64,000 nucleotides of DNA from Actinomycetota bacterium (lineage in GTDB: Bacteria; Actinomycetota; Acidimicrobiia; Acidimicrobiales; Ilumatobacteraceae), in contig VFZC01000004.1 of NCBI GenBank assembly GCA_016871355.1, positions 19,440 to 83,439 on the forward strand, given 5' to 3'. Made by a program: the position numbers and the translations under genes. Position 1 is the stretch's first letter; each line of letters begins with the position of its first letter. The notes beneath the pieces were generated by a model. That model made no database searches. It was not told the origin of the DNA and saw only the letters and a program-made list of their open reading frames with translations. Positions 36,402 to 46,342 of the stretch are shown piece by piece.

Positions 36402-37684
36402 CCGCATTCGTTGCCGCCTTCACCAGCCTCGACTGGCTGCTCTTGCTCGTGGTGATTCTGCTTCTCTTCGTGTTGATCTTCTTGGCCGTGGCCGAGATGG
36501 GTCTGTCGCGCATGACCAAGCCCAAGGCGGCCGCATTGGCCGAACGACGCCCGCGTCAGGGTCGAGCGCTCATCGATCTGATCGAAGAGCCCGAGAAGTG
36601 GGTCAACCCGCTGTTACTCACGGTGAACATTTGTCAGACGGTCCAGGCCACGCTCACCGGCGTGATCACGTCGCGGGCCTTCGGCCCGGTGGGTGTGGCG
36701 GTCGGCGTGGTGGCCAACGTGCTCGTGTTCTTCGTACTGGCCGAAGCGGTGCCCAAGACGTACGCGGTGCTCTTCTCCGAGCGAGCCGCACTCATGTCGG
36801 CTCGCGGCATTCGCGTACTCGTTCGTTTCCCTCCTCTTCGCTTGATTTCGCGCGGACTCATCAGGCTCACCAACTTCATCGTGAAGGGCAAGGGACTCGA
36901 AGAGGGTCCGTTCGTGAAGGAACAGGAGTTCCTGGGCGTCGTTGAGGCGGCCGCCATCGAAGAAGTGATCGAGAAGCACGAGCGCGACCTCATCGAGTCG
37001 GTGATCGAATTCGGCGACACGGTGGCGCGCGAGATCATGGTTCCGTTGCCCGACATGGTGACGGTGCACCAGTCCACCACCGTCGATGCCGCGATCGGTG
37101 TCTCGATCGAACACGGTTTCTCGCGTCTGCCCGTGCTCAACGATGACGACGACGTGATCGGTATCGCCTTCATGAAGGACCTCGTTCGCCTCGAGCGGTC
37201 GAGCGGTGGATCCAATCCGGTGTCGGCTCAGATGCGCCGACTCGTGGTCGTTCCCGAGAACAAGCCCGTTTCGAAGCTCATGCGCGAAATGCAGGCCAAC
37301 AAGTTCCACCTCGCGGTCGTGGCCGACGAATACGGCTCGATCACCGGACTCATCACGCTCGAGGACTGCCTCGAAGAACTCGTGGGCGAGATCGCCGACG
37401 AGTACGACGACGAAGACGTCGACATCACCGCTCTGCCCAACGGCGATTTCATGGTTGACGGCGCCACCAGTGTCGGCGACGTGAACGATCGCCTGTCCAC
37501 CCGGATCCCCGATGAAGAGTGGGATTCGATCGGTGGTTTCATCTTCGGCACCCTCGAACACGTGCCGGTGATCGGCGAACACGTCGACTTCGAAGGTTGG
37601 CGCTTCACCGTCTTGGAGTTGGAGGGACGGCGCATCCGAAAAGTGCGCGTCTCTCTGATCGAGGCTCAGGTCGAAGGCAACTGA
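36398..37684 (+). CDS. Hemolysin/CorC-like protein (CNNM TM domain + CBS pair + CorC_HlyC)
   Basis: N-terminal TM segments, CBS region, C-terminal transporter-associated domain. GTGA overlap with ybeY. Confidence 0.85.
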   Translation: MTAFVAAFTSLDWLLLLVVILLLFVLIFLAVAEMGLSRMTKPKAAALAERRPRQGRALIDLIEEPEKWVNPLLLTVNICQTVQATLTGVITSRAFGPVGVAVGVVANVLVFFVLAEAVPKTYAVLFSERAALMSARGIRVLVRFPPLRLISRGLIRLTNFIVKGKGLEEGPFVKEQEFLGVVEAAAIEEVIEKHERDLIESVIEFGDTVAREIMVPLPDMVTVHQSTTVDAAIGVSIEHGFSRLPVLNDDDDVIGIAFMKDLVRLERSSGGSNPVSAQMRRLVVVPENKPVSKLMREMQANKFHLAVVADEYGSITGLITLEDCLEELVGEIADEYDDEDVDITALPNGDFMVDGATSVGDVNDRLSTRIPDEEWDSIGGFIFGTLEHVPVIGEHVDFEGWRFTVLELEGRRIRKVRVSLIEAQVEGN

Positions 37685-38463
37685 AGCCCGATCTGTTCGA
37701 AGATCGCCGGCAGATTCGGATAGCGGCCGGTGTTGCCGCCGCCGTCGATCGACACGAACGACGCACTCATGTACGACGAATCGTTGCTGGCCAGGAACGC
37801 GATCACCGATGCGATTTCGTCGGGCGACGCGTAACGGCCGAGCGGAGCGTTCTCGGCAAACTCGTCGACGATCGGGGGAATGGCGAAGAAGGTTCCGGTG
37901 GCGTTGGTCTGCACCAGGCCCGGCGCCACGGTGTTGACGCGGATGCCTCGGGGACCGAGTTCCATCGCCGCCACGCGCGAGAGCATGGCCACTCCGGCCT
38001 TGGCCGTGCAGTACGCGGCCATGCCGCGACTGGGCTGAATGGCGTTGAGCGAAGCGACCGTGACGATCGAGCCGTTGTCGCGCATGACGGCTCCACTGTG
38101 CTTCACGGTCAGGAACACGCCGGTCAGACACAGATCGATGATGCGTTGCCACTCGCCGAGGGGATGTTCGGTGAGCAGTGCGTAACCACCGGCACCAGCG
38201 TTGGCGATCGCGATGTCGAGACCACCGAAGTGCGACACCGCGAGCGAAGCCAAGTTCTCGAGATCGATCTCTTGGGTGACGTCACAGCGAGCCGTGACCA
38301 GGCGATCGGACGATGTTTTGGGCGAGATGGCCGCCAGACCGGCTTCGTCGATGTCGCCCGCCACCACCACCGCTCCATCGTCGAGCAATCGTCGTGTGGT
38401 GGCCAGACCGATACCTGACGCCGCACCGGTGACCAGCGCGACCTTCCCCGAGAGACGTGACAT
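37666..38463 (-). CDS. SDR family oxidoreductase (FabG-like)
   Basis: VTGAASGIG cofactor motif. Catalytic YCTAK. 265 aa. Confidence 0.85.
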   Translation of the reverse strand: MSRLSGKVALVTGAASGIGLATTRRLLDDGAVVVAGDIDEAGLAAISPKTSSDRLVTARCDVTQEIDLENLASLAVSHFGGLDIAIANAGAGGYALLTEHPLGEWQRIIDLCLTGVFLTVKHSGAVMRDNGSIVTVASLNAIQPSRGMAAYCTAKAGVAMLSRVAAMELGPRGIRVNTVAPGLVQTNATGTFFAIPPIVDEFAENAPLGRYASPDEIASVIAFLASNDSSYMSASFVSIDGGGNTGRYPNLPAIFEQIGLQLPST

Positions 38464-38472
38464 GCCGCGACC

Positions 38473-39600
38473 CTAGTCGGCGTCGGAGAGCGCTCTTTCG
38501 GCGACCATTCGCACGTCGTTGCGCCGAACCTTGCCGCTCGTCGTGCGTGGAATGTCGGCGACCACGATGTGCTTCGGCGCACAACGAGCCGGCAGGAGTT
38601 CCTTGACGCGACCTCGCACGTCGTCGAGTACGAGCCCACCTCGATCGGTGACGAGCACCACCACTTCGCCCCACTGTGCATCGGGAACGCCCACGATGCA
38701 CGACGTGCGATCGGGGTAGAGGGTGTCGAGAACCCGTTCGACTTGCTCTGGCCACACCTTCTCTCCGCCGGTCTTGATCAGATCGTCGAGTCGACCGGTC
38801 ACCGACAACGTGCCGTCGGCGTCGATCGAGCCGGAGTCGCGTGTGTGCAACCAACCATCGGAATCGACAGAGGTGGTTCCGTCCCGGTAGCCGCGCATGA
38901 GCATGGGTCCGCGAACGAGAACTTCGTCGTCGTCGCCGATCGACAGCTCGACACCGTCGAGGGCCGAGCCGTCGTAGACCACGCCGCTGCCCGTCTCGGT
39001 AAGTCCGTAGGTGGCGGTCACGTTGGCCGGACGGTCGGCGGGCGGGCGAGCGCCTCCGATCAGCACGGTCTCGAAGGCGGAGACGTCGACACGACCGAGG
39101 AGCGTCGGGATGAGTGACGTGCGATTGCTGCCGGCGCGAAGTGCCGCGGCAACCGTCGCGGGATCGGAGTCGGCACGGACCGTCAAGGTCGCGTCGCTGG
39201 CGAGGGCGCGACTCACGACGGAGAAGCCACCAATGTGCGCGAGTGGCAGACAGGCCAGCCAGTGATCGGACGCCGAGCCGTGCAGTCGAGCCAGTGATGC
39301 GCTCGATGACGCCGCGATGGATCGGTGGGTGTGCACCACACCTTTGGGTGCACCAGTGCTGCCACTGGTCGCGATCACCAGGGCGTCGCCTGGTTCGAGG
39401 GCACGACCGGTCGCGAGTTCGGTTCGTCCTGACGCGTCGACCACTTCGTGTGCACCCAGCAGTTCGAGCAGAGCGGCCTTGTCGGCGCGCGAGAGTCGTT
39501 GATCGACGGGGAGCACGGCAGCTCCCGCGGCCCAGACATCGATCAGGTGCGTGACGAATGCATCGCTGGCCGCAAGATCGAGCGCCACCAGGCGGGTCAC
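38473..39600 (-). CDS. menE: o-Succinylbenzoate--CoA ligase
   Basis: Short (375 aa) AMP-binding enzyme. SGSTGAPKGV, TRDSGSIDADGTLSVTGR, SGKVRR. Lies in the men gene cluster. Confidence 0.75.
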   Translation of the reverse strand: MTRLVALDLAASDAFVTHLIDVWAAGAAVLPVDQRLSRADKAALLELLGAHEVVDASGRTELATGRALEPGDALVIATSGSTGAPKGVVHTHRSIAASSSASLARLHGSASDHWLACLPLAHIGGFSVVSRALASDATLTVRADSDPATVAAALRAGSNRTSLIPTLLGRVDVSAFETVLIGGARPPADRPANVTATYGLTETGSGVVYDGSALDGVELSIGDDDEVLVRGPMLMRGYRDGTTSVDSDGWLHTRDSGSIDADGTLSVTGRLDDLIKTGGEKVWPEQVERVLDTLYPDRTSCIVGVPDAQWGEVVVLVTDRGGLVLDDVRGRVKELLPARCAPKHIVVADIPRTTSGKVRRNDVRMVAERALSDAD

Positions 39601-39652
39601 GTCGTCAGGTTACGACTGCCCTGCGCTGAGTGGACCGGTGTGTGACGTGAGA

Positions 39653-41056
39653 TCACCAGGCCGGATCGATGGGAGTGTGCACACCCATGGCCTCGTCGAG
39701 ATGGGCCGCGACGTCGAGACACACGAGATCCTTGAAGCGCCACGATGCGACCTGCACGCCGACTGGCAGGCCGTCGGCGATCCCCGCGGGCACGACAGCG
39801 GCCGGACTCCCGAACAGATTGGGAGCCAACACCGCACGGAAGGTTTCGAACGTCGCCTTGGCGCCGTCGAGCGATGCGATGTCGGCCCCGTGTTCGAACG
39901 CGGCCATCGACCAGGTGGGGCAGAGGAGCACGTCGTACTGCTCGAACCACTGTGACCACTTGGCCGCCACTTCGAAGCGGCGCATGTGAATGGCACTCAT
40001 GGTCGCCTGGTCGGCGCTGGTGAGTAGTTCGCGACCGTACTGAAGGAAGGTTCGACCACCGTCACCCATGACGGCCTCGAGAAGCGGTTGCACCACGGCG
40101 AGATCGCCGTTGAGAGTGGCACCCCACATGTCGATGCACTCTTCGTAGTCGGGAGGCGTGGCTTCTTCCACGTGGTGTCCGGCATCGGCCAGGGTGCGAC
40201 CGGCCGCCCGTACGACCGCGGCGATTCCGGGATCGGTGCGACCTCCCGGAGGCTCGGCCAGAACGGCCACGCGCCACTTCCGATCGGTTGGTGCGCCCGT
40301 GAGTGCGGCCGGCACCGAGTAGGGGTCGCGTCGATGGGCGCCCCGCACGACGTCGAAGCCGATGCGCACATCGGATACGCGACGAGCCAGCACACCTTCC
40401 ACGACCATGAGTTGGAACGCGAGGTTGAGTGCGGTGGGGGGAATCTCGGTCGCCCACGGAACGACACCGACGGTGGGTTTGATGGACGACACACCACAAC
40501 AGTGCGCCGGGTTGCGCAGAGATCCGCCGACGTCGTTGCCAAGCCCGATGGGGCTCATACCCGAGGCCAGAGCCGATGCTTCGCCGCCGCTCGATCCACC
40601 CGATGTGCGATCGTGGTGCCAGGGATTTCGCGTGAGGCCGTGAAGGGCCGAGTCGGTGTGAATGCGCAGTCCCATGTCGGGCAGGTTCGTGCGCCCGATC
40701 GGAATCGCGCCGGCTCCACGCATGCGCTCGACCACTGGTGCATCACTCGGTGACACGGCCTCGGCCAGTGCGGGAACCGAATTGGTGGTGGGAGTGCCAG
40801 CCAGGTCGATGTTCTCCTTCACGGTGAAGGGGACTCCGTGCAACGGTCCCAAACGTTCGCCGGCCTTGACGGCGGCGTCGGCGCGGTCGGCGGCGGCCCG
40901 CGCTTCGGCATCGAGTCGACGCACCACCGCGTTGAGCCTCGGGTTGACGTCGTCGATGCGCGCAAGGTGTGCATCGACCACTTCACGACTCGACACGTCG
41001 CGTTTGGCGATCATCGACGCCAATTCGGCCGCGTTCTTCTTCCAGAGTTCCATCAC
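39653..41056 (-). CDS. Amidase (amidase-signature family)
   Basis: GGSSGGEASALA signature. 467 aa. Confidence 0.85.
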   Translation of the reverse strand: MMELWKKNAAELASMIAKRDVSSREVVDAHLARIDDVNPRLNAVVRRLDAEARAAADRADAAVKAGERLGPLHGVPFTVKENIDLAGTPTTNSVPALAEAVSPSDAPVVERMRGAGAIPIGRTNLPDMGLRIHTDSALHGLTRNPWHHDRTSGGSSGGEASALASGMSPIGLGNDVGGSLRNPAHCCGVSSIKPTVGVVPWATEIPPTALNLAFQLMVVEGVLARRVSDVRIGFDVVRGAHRRDPYSVPAALTGAPTDRKWRVAVLAEPPGGRTDPGIAAVVRAAGRTLADAGHHVEEATPPDYEECIDMWGATLNGDLAVVQPLLEAVMGDGGRTFLQYGRELLTSADQATMSAIHMRRFEVAAKWSQWFEQYDVLLCPTWSMAAFEHGADIASLDGAKATFETFRAVLAPNLFGSPAAVVPAGIADGLPVGVQVASWRFKDLVCLDVAAHLDEAMGVHTPIDPAW

Positions 41057-41091
41057 TCGACCCCCTTCGGCGCGAAGGTTAGTCTCACCTC

Positions 41092-41955
41092 GTGAATCGC
41101 TGGCTCGTGGGTGCTCGACTGCGAACCTTGCCGGCCGCGGTGGTGCCGGTGGCGATGGGCGCGTCGCTGGCGGTGGGCGAGAGCGGTGCGATGTGGTGGC
41201 GGGTCGTGCCGGCCGGAATCGTGAGCCTGGCTCTGCAGGTGGGTGTCAACTACGCGAACGACTACAGCGACGGCGTGCGTGGTACCGACGACGAGCGGGT
41301 GGGGCCCACTCGACTGGTGGCATCCGGACTCGCCACACCCAGTGAAGTGAAACAAGCGGCGTTCTCGGCCTTCGGTGTGGCGGCACTGGCCGGACTGGTG
41401 CTGGCCGCGGCGACGTCCTGGTGGCTGATCGTGGTCGGAGTCGTGGCGGTACTGGCCGCTTGGGGTTACACCGGCGGCCCCAAGCCATACGGCTATCTCG
41501 GTCTGGGTGAAGTGTTCGTCTTCGTGTTCTTCGGGCTGGTGGCCACGCTCGGTACGGTGTACGTGGTGATCGAGCGCCTTCCGTTCGTGTCGTGGCTGAT
41601 CGGTTCGTCGGCCGGGTCGCTGGCTTGTGCGTTGCTCGTGACCAACAATCTCCGCGACATCGACGGCGACGCCAAGGTTGGCAAGCGCACGCTCGCGGTC
41701 CGGCTCGGCGACGAGCGCACGCGACGGCTCTACGCCGGGTTCATGGTGGCCGCACTCGGCCTGTTGGTGATCGCCGCACCCTGGCGACCGGGAGCTCTGG
41801 TCGGCCTGCTCGCGTTCCCGTGGTTGCGCAAGCCGGTGCGCGGCGTTCTGCGCGGCGTTCGCGGACGTGGTCTCATCGCGGTGCTCGGCGACACCGGTCG
41901 ATTCCAGTTGATCGCCGGCGCACTCGTCACTATCGGAGTCGCTCTGGTCGGCTGA
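41092..41955 (+). CDS. menA: 1,4-dihydroxy-2-naphthoate polyprenyltransferase
   Basis: UbiA-family motif NDYSDGVRGTD. Polytopic. 287 aa. men context. Confidence 0.85.
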   Translation: MNRWLVGARLRTLPAAVVPVAMGASLAVGESGAMWWRVVPAGIVSLALQVGVNYANDYSDGVRGTDDERVGPTRLVASGLATPSEVKQAAFSAFGVAALAGLVLAAATSWWLIVVGVVAVLAAWGYTGGPKPYGYLGLGEVFVFVFFGLVATLGTVYVVIERLPFVSWLIGSSAGSLACALLVTNNLRDIDGDAKVGKRTLAVRLGDERTRRLYAGFMVAALGLLVIAAPWRPGALVGLLAFPWLRKPVRGVLRGVRGRGLIAVLGDTGRFQLIAGALVTIGVALVG

Positions 41956-42738
41956 TCAGAGGTCGTTCGCGTCGAGCCAACGACGAATCGCGGCCGTGGT
42001 CTCGATCGGATGTTCGAGTTGCACGGTGTGGCCGGCACCTCTCACCACGTCGATCGTGGCGTTGTCGCCGATCGACGTCTTCATCTGCGCGGCGAGGTCA
42101 CGGAACTTGGAGTCGAGTTCGCCAACGATCAGGAGCACTGGAACATCGAGAGTGGGGAGCCGATCCCACAACGGGTCTTGGGACCCGACTCCGCATTCGC
42201 GCAAGCTCGCGGCCAAACCAGCCGCTGTGTTGCGCCGACGGTCGTCGCGGTTGCTCTGCGTTTCGGTGAGCGTCGCGAACAGGTCCTGGGCCAACCACTC
42301 GTCGACGAACTGAGCGACGCCGACCGATTCGATTCGTTGGGCGAGCACCTCGTCGCGCTGCCGTCTTTCGACACGCTCGGCCTCGGTACGCAGTCCGGCC
42401 GTGGCACTGACGAGAACCAGACCCCGAAGAGTCGATCGATGGCGCACCGCCAGATCGAGAGCGACCCGTCCGCCCATCGAATAGCCCACCAACACGGTGG
42501 AGCGAGCCATCTCGCGTATCTGGGTGGCGAGGAGATCGGCCGTTCGGGTGACATCGCCTCGCACACGCGCCGAGTCACCGTGACCGGGAGCGTCGAAACA
42601 CGTCGTGTCGATGTCGTCACCGAGCGAGTTGATGATGGGCGCCCATGACCGGGACGTCTGGGTGAAACCGTGAACGAAGGCGAGATGGCGGGCGTTGCCC
42701 GGTCGTCGTGTCGTGGCGAAGTGCAACGAGTCGGTCAT
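41956..42738 (-). CDS. menH: 2-succinyl-6-hydroxy-2,4-cyclohexadiene-1-carboxylate synthase (alpha/beta hydrolase)
   Basis: GYSMGGR nucleophile elbow. Length and men context. Confidence 0.7.
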   Translation of the reverse strand: MTDSLHFATTRRPGNARHLAFVHGFTQTSRSWAPIINSLGDDIDTTCFDAPGHGDSARVRGDVTRTADLLATQIREMARSTVLVGYSMGGRVALDLAVRHRSTLRGLVLVSATAGLRTEAERVERRQRDEVLAQRIESVGVAQFVDEWLAQDLFATLTETQSNRDDRRRNTAAGLAASLRECGVGSQDPLWDRLPTLDVPVLLIVGELDSKFRDLAAQMKTSIGDNATIDVVRGAGHTVQLEHPIETTAAIRRWLDANDL

Positions 42739-43415
42739 GAACGCGCGTTGGCCGCGGCGCGGAGAAGAACGCGTTCGAACGTGTCGGGATCCTGGGCGCC
42801 GGGAATGGCCCAGGCCCCGTTGATCACGTAGGTCGGAACGCCGGTGATGTCGTGTTCGACGGCTCGCTGCAATTCGTCGGCTACCTCCGCTGAACCGAGT
42901 CCGGACTCGAGGAAAGCGACGACGACTTCGACGGCAACGCCGAGCTCATCGGCCACGATGGTGGCGAGTCGTTGCGCGTCGCCCACGTTCTCTCCGTCGG
43001 TGAAGTAGGCCTTGAGGAGACGCTCTTTGACGCGCGCTTGTGCGTCGAGACCCTGTTGCTCGGCCACCCACCACAAGACCCGGTGGGACAGGACCGTGTT
43101 CGAACGTTGGGCGATGTCGAATCGGAAGTCGAGGCCATCGGCGGCGGCGGTCTCGGTGAGATGCCGCAGAATCGCATCGGCGCGTTCGGGACCGCCGAAC
43201 TTGCGGGCGTAGGCTTCGCGGACCGGTGTGGACGACGCGCTCGGCGCACTGGGGTCGAGTTGGTAGGCGCGGTACCGAATGTCGATGTGCAGGTCGGGCG
43301 CCTCGGCACGAACTCGATCGAGCGCGGCCTCGAATCGGCGCTTCCCGATGTAGCACCACGGGCACACCACGTCGGACCAGATGTCGATGGTCAGCGAAGC
43401 CGTCACATCGGTCAC
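42735..43415 (-). CDS. DsbA/FrnE-like thiol:disulfide oxidoreductase
   Basis: DIWSDVVCPWCYIGK (CPWC). Start is GTG 43415 or 43406. The rest of the 752-aa track ORF is antisense to menD. Its stop overlaps the menH ATG (ATGA). Confidence 0.8.
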   Translation of the reverse strand: MTDVTASLTIDIWSDVVCPWCYIGKRRFEAALDRVRAEAPDLHIDIRYRAYQLDPSAPSASSTPVREAYARKFGGPERADAILRHLTETAAADGLDFRFDIAQRSNTVLSHRVLWWVAEQQGLDAQARVKERLLKAYFTDGENVGDAQRLATIVADELGVAVEVVVAFLESGLGSAEVADELQRAVEHDITGVPTYVINGAWAIPGAQDPDTFERVLLRAAANARS

Positions 43416-43466
43416 CCTACGGCTTGGACGGGGGCAGGTCGGTCTCGTGGCCGTAGCGTTCCGATC

Positions 43467-45146
43467 GTGGCCGCGGATGCACAAGCGTCGTTCTGTGCGA
43501 CTCTCGTCGCCCAGTGGTCGGCCCTGGGTGTCGACACCGCGTACGTGGCCCCGGGTTCGCGATCCACACCACTGGCTCTGGCCCTCGATCAGGCGCCTGG
43601 TTGGCGGGTCGAGGTGTTGCTCGACGAACGCTCGGCCGCCTTCGCGGCCCTCGGTTTCGGCGTGGCGACCGGTCGTCCGGCCATCGCCTTGTGCACGAGC
43701 GGCACGGCCGCCGCACATTTCCATGCCGCGGTGATCGAAGCCGACTTGTCGGCCGTTCCTCTCCTCGTGGTCACGGGTGATCGTCCGCCCGAATTGCGTG
43801 ACGTTGGCGCGCCGCAGACCATCGACCAGATCAAGTTGTTCGGATCGTCGGTGCGTTGGTTCCACGATCCGGGAGTGGCCGATTGGTCGACGCAAGCGCG
43901 TTGGCCGTCGCTGGCGGCCCACTGCGTCGACGCGTCGATGTCGGGTCGACCCGGACCGGTTCATCTCAATCTTCCCTTCCGCGAACCATTGGTGGGCGAG
44001 GCTTCCGTCGACGAGGCCGCTCATCGCGCGATCACCACCCAGCGCGGCCACTCCGTGGTCGCGCGCGACGAACTCGCGGCATTGGCCACACGTTTGTCGG
44101 GTCGACACGGCGTGATCGTCGCTGGCCGAGGGGCGGGAACTGCGGTCGACGACCTGGCGGCGTCGCTCGACTGGCCGGTGTTCGCCGAACCCCGAGCACT
44201 GTGTCGCGGTTCGCGAGTGGTGCGGCACTTCGATTCTCTCGTTCGCGCCGAATCGTTCGCCGCGAGTCATCGGCCCGACGTCGTGCTTCGTTTCGGTGAG
44301 CCGCCGGCATCGAAGGTCACCGGCCAGTGGTTGTCGTCGCTCGGAGTCGAACAGATTCACGTGGCGGCTCATCCGCAGTTCTTCGATCCGGACGCTCGAA
44401 TCTCCACGCACGTCGTGGCCGACCCCACGGTGTGGGCGATGGCGCTGGCCGGCGAAGTCACAGCCGTACGAGACTCGCGATCTTCCGACACTTCGTGGTG
44501 CGCCGACTGGTGTCGGGCCGAGGTGGCCGCATCGGAGGCGATCGATCGCGCTTTGAACGACCTCGTCATGTCGGGTCCGCTGTCGGCCCGTTGCGCGGCG
44601 GCCAGTCTTCCGAGTGGATCGCATCTCGTCGTGTCTTCGTCGATGCCGGTGCGGGATCTCGAATGGTTCGGTGGCCGCTGCGATCGTCTCGTCGTGCACT
44701 CGAATCGCGGTGCCAATGGCATCGACGGAGTCATCGCGACCGCGATCGGTGTCGCCGGCGCGACCAGTGGCCCGGTGGGAGTGTTGATCGGTGACGTGGC
44801 CCTGCTGCACGATTCGTCGTCGCTGGCCGGGTTGGCCCGTCGCGCTGTCGATCTGCGCATTGTCGTCACCGACAACGACGGGGGAGGCATCTTCCATTAC
44901 CTGCCGCAGGCCTCGGTGGTGGAGGCCGATCGTTTCGAGAAGTTGTTCGGAACTCCGCACGGAACGGATCTGGCCGCTTTGGGTCGGGCTCACGGTCTCG
45001 ACGCGTCAATGGTGTCGTCACGCTCGGAGCTCGAGCGTGCGCTGTCGCGACCCGGTCCGTCGTTGATCGTCGTTCGCACCGATCGTCGAGGAGACGTCGA
45101 CGTGCATCGCCATCTGCACGCCGCCGTAGCGGCCGCTACGGCCTGA
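43467..45146 (+). CDS. menD: SEPHCHC synthase (2-succinyl-5-enolpyruvyl-6-hydroxy-3-cyclohexene-1-carboxylate synthase)
   Basis: GTG 43467. N-terminal GSRSTPLALAL. ThDP motif GDVALLHD...DNDGGGIF. Confidence 0.85.
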   Translation: MAADAQASFCATLVAQWSALGVDTAYVAPGSRSTPLALALDQAPGWRVEVLLDERSAAFAALGFGVATGRPAIALCTSGTAAAHFHAAVIEADLSAVPLLVVTGDRPPELRDVGAPQTIDQIKLFGSSVRWFHDPGVADWSTQARWPSLAAHCVDASMSGRPGPVHLNLPFREPLVGEASVDEAAHRAITTQRGHSVVARDELAALATRLSGRHGVIVAGRGAGTAVDDLAASLDWPVFAEPRALCRGSRVVRHFDSLVRAESFAASHRPDVVLRFGEPPASKVTGQWLSSLGVEQIHVAAHPQFFDPDARISTHVVADPTVWAMALAGEVTAVRDSRSSDTSWCADWCRAEVAASEAIDRALNDLVMSGPLSARCAAASLPSGSHLVVSSSMPVRDLEWFGGRCDRLVVHSNRGANGIDGVIATAIGVAGATSGPVGVLIGDVALLHDSSSLAGLARRAVDLRIVVTDNDGGGIFHYLPQASVVEADRFEKLFGTPHGTDLAALGRAHGLDASMVSSRSELERALSRPGPSLIVVRTDRRGDVDVHRHLHAAVAAATA

Positions 45147-46320
45147 CGATCGCCGACACCATGGCCTGGAACTTGGCCTGAGTCTCGGCTAGCTCGGCAT
45201 CGACGTCGCTGTCGGCCACGATGCCGCCTCCGGCGATGAGGCGCGCCGATCGACGATCGGCCGACAGTTCGGCGCAGCGAATGGTCACCGCGAACTCGCC
45301 GTTGCCGACCGAGTCGACCCAACCGACGGCACCTCCGTACCGGCCGCGGTCGAACCCCTCGTTCGCTTCGATGAGTTCGATCGCCTCACGACGCGGATGG
45401 CCGCCGAGGGCGGGAGTGGGCGAGAGCAGGCGAGCCAGAGCGACCACGTGTGGTCGGGGTTCGGACAGACGACCTTCGATCGAGGTGCCGAGGTGTTGAA
45501 CATTGGCCACCTTGATGACCGAGGGTTCGGGTTCCCAGTCGAGATAACTGCACCACGGCAACAATGCATCGTGTACGACGTCGATCACCACGCGGTGTTC
45601 GACTTGATCTTTCATGCTGGCCACGAGTTTCTTGGCCAGCGCCTCGTCGGTGATCGGATCGCCGGTGCGCGGAGTCGTGCCGGCCAAGGGATGCGAACGA
45701 ACCACGTCGCCGTCCACCGCGACGAGCAGTTCGGGCGACGCCCCGATGATGCCGTCGATGCTGTAGCGATAACTGGCCCCGAACGCGGCCCGCAGGCGCA
45801 GGAGGATCGCGTGCACGTCGAGGGGCTGATCGCTCTCGACGCCCACCTCGCGCGCGATCACGACCTTGGTCAGATCGCCGCGGCGCACCGCATCGCGGCC
45901 AGTATCGACGGCGTGTCGATACGTGTCGATCGGCGTGCGCGGACCGACGCGAAAGGATGCCGCGACCGGACCGGTCGACGTCGCGGTGAGCTGACGATCC
46001 GACTCGGTGGGTTGGTCGATCGTGGTGACGAACACTCCGCCGGCACTGGTCTTGCGCACGACGACCGACGGGATCACGAAGTTGGCCGGAGCACCGGGGC
46101 GGAAAGGCAGGCACCCGAGCGCCACCGGACCGGCCTGGCCGGCCGAGGCGTCGTCGTGATCGATCGCGGCGAGGAAATCGACGGCATCGTCGGCATTCAC
46201 CGTGGCCGCGCGTCCGCGACCAGCGACACCGATTCCGTTACGAACGAACAGGTAACCGTCGTGGCGGCAAACGTCGTTCAGGTCGACCTCGTGTTCGAGA
46301 GGACGGGTGACGGCTCTCAT
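45136..46320 (-). CDS. menF: Isochorismate synthase
   Basis: ATG 46320 (MRAVTRPLEHE). Chorismate-binding C-terminus GGGIVADSDVDAELAETQAKF. Confidence 0.8.
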   Translation of the reverse strand: MRAVTRPLEHEVDLNDVCRHDGYLFVRNGIGVAGRGRAATVNADDAVDFLAAIDHDDASAGQAGPVALGCLPFRPGAPANFVIPSVVVRKTSAGGVFVTTIDQPTESDRQLTATSTGPVAASFRVGPRTPIDTYRHAVDTGRDAVRRGDLTKVVIAREVGVESDQPLDVHAILLRLRAAFGASYRYSIDGIIGASPELLVAVDGDVVRSHPLAGTTPRTGDPITDEALAKKLVASMKDQVEHRVVIDVVHDALLPWCSYLDWEPEPSVIKVANVQHLGTSIEGRLSEPRPHVVALARLLSPTPALGGHPRREAIELIEANEGFDRGRYGGAVGWVDSVGNGEFAVTIRCAELSADRRSARLIAGGGIVADSDVDAELAETQAKFQAMVSAIVRP

Positions 46321-46342
46321 CGTGCGTCGCGAGTGACGGCTC

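Noticed and set aside
42735-44993. 752-aa minus-strand ORF
   Set aside because: Only the last about 225 residues (CPWC DsbA-like) are protein-like. The remainder is the Arg-rich antisense shadow of menD (43467..45146).
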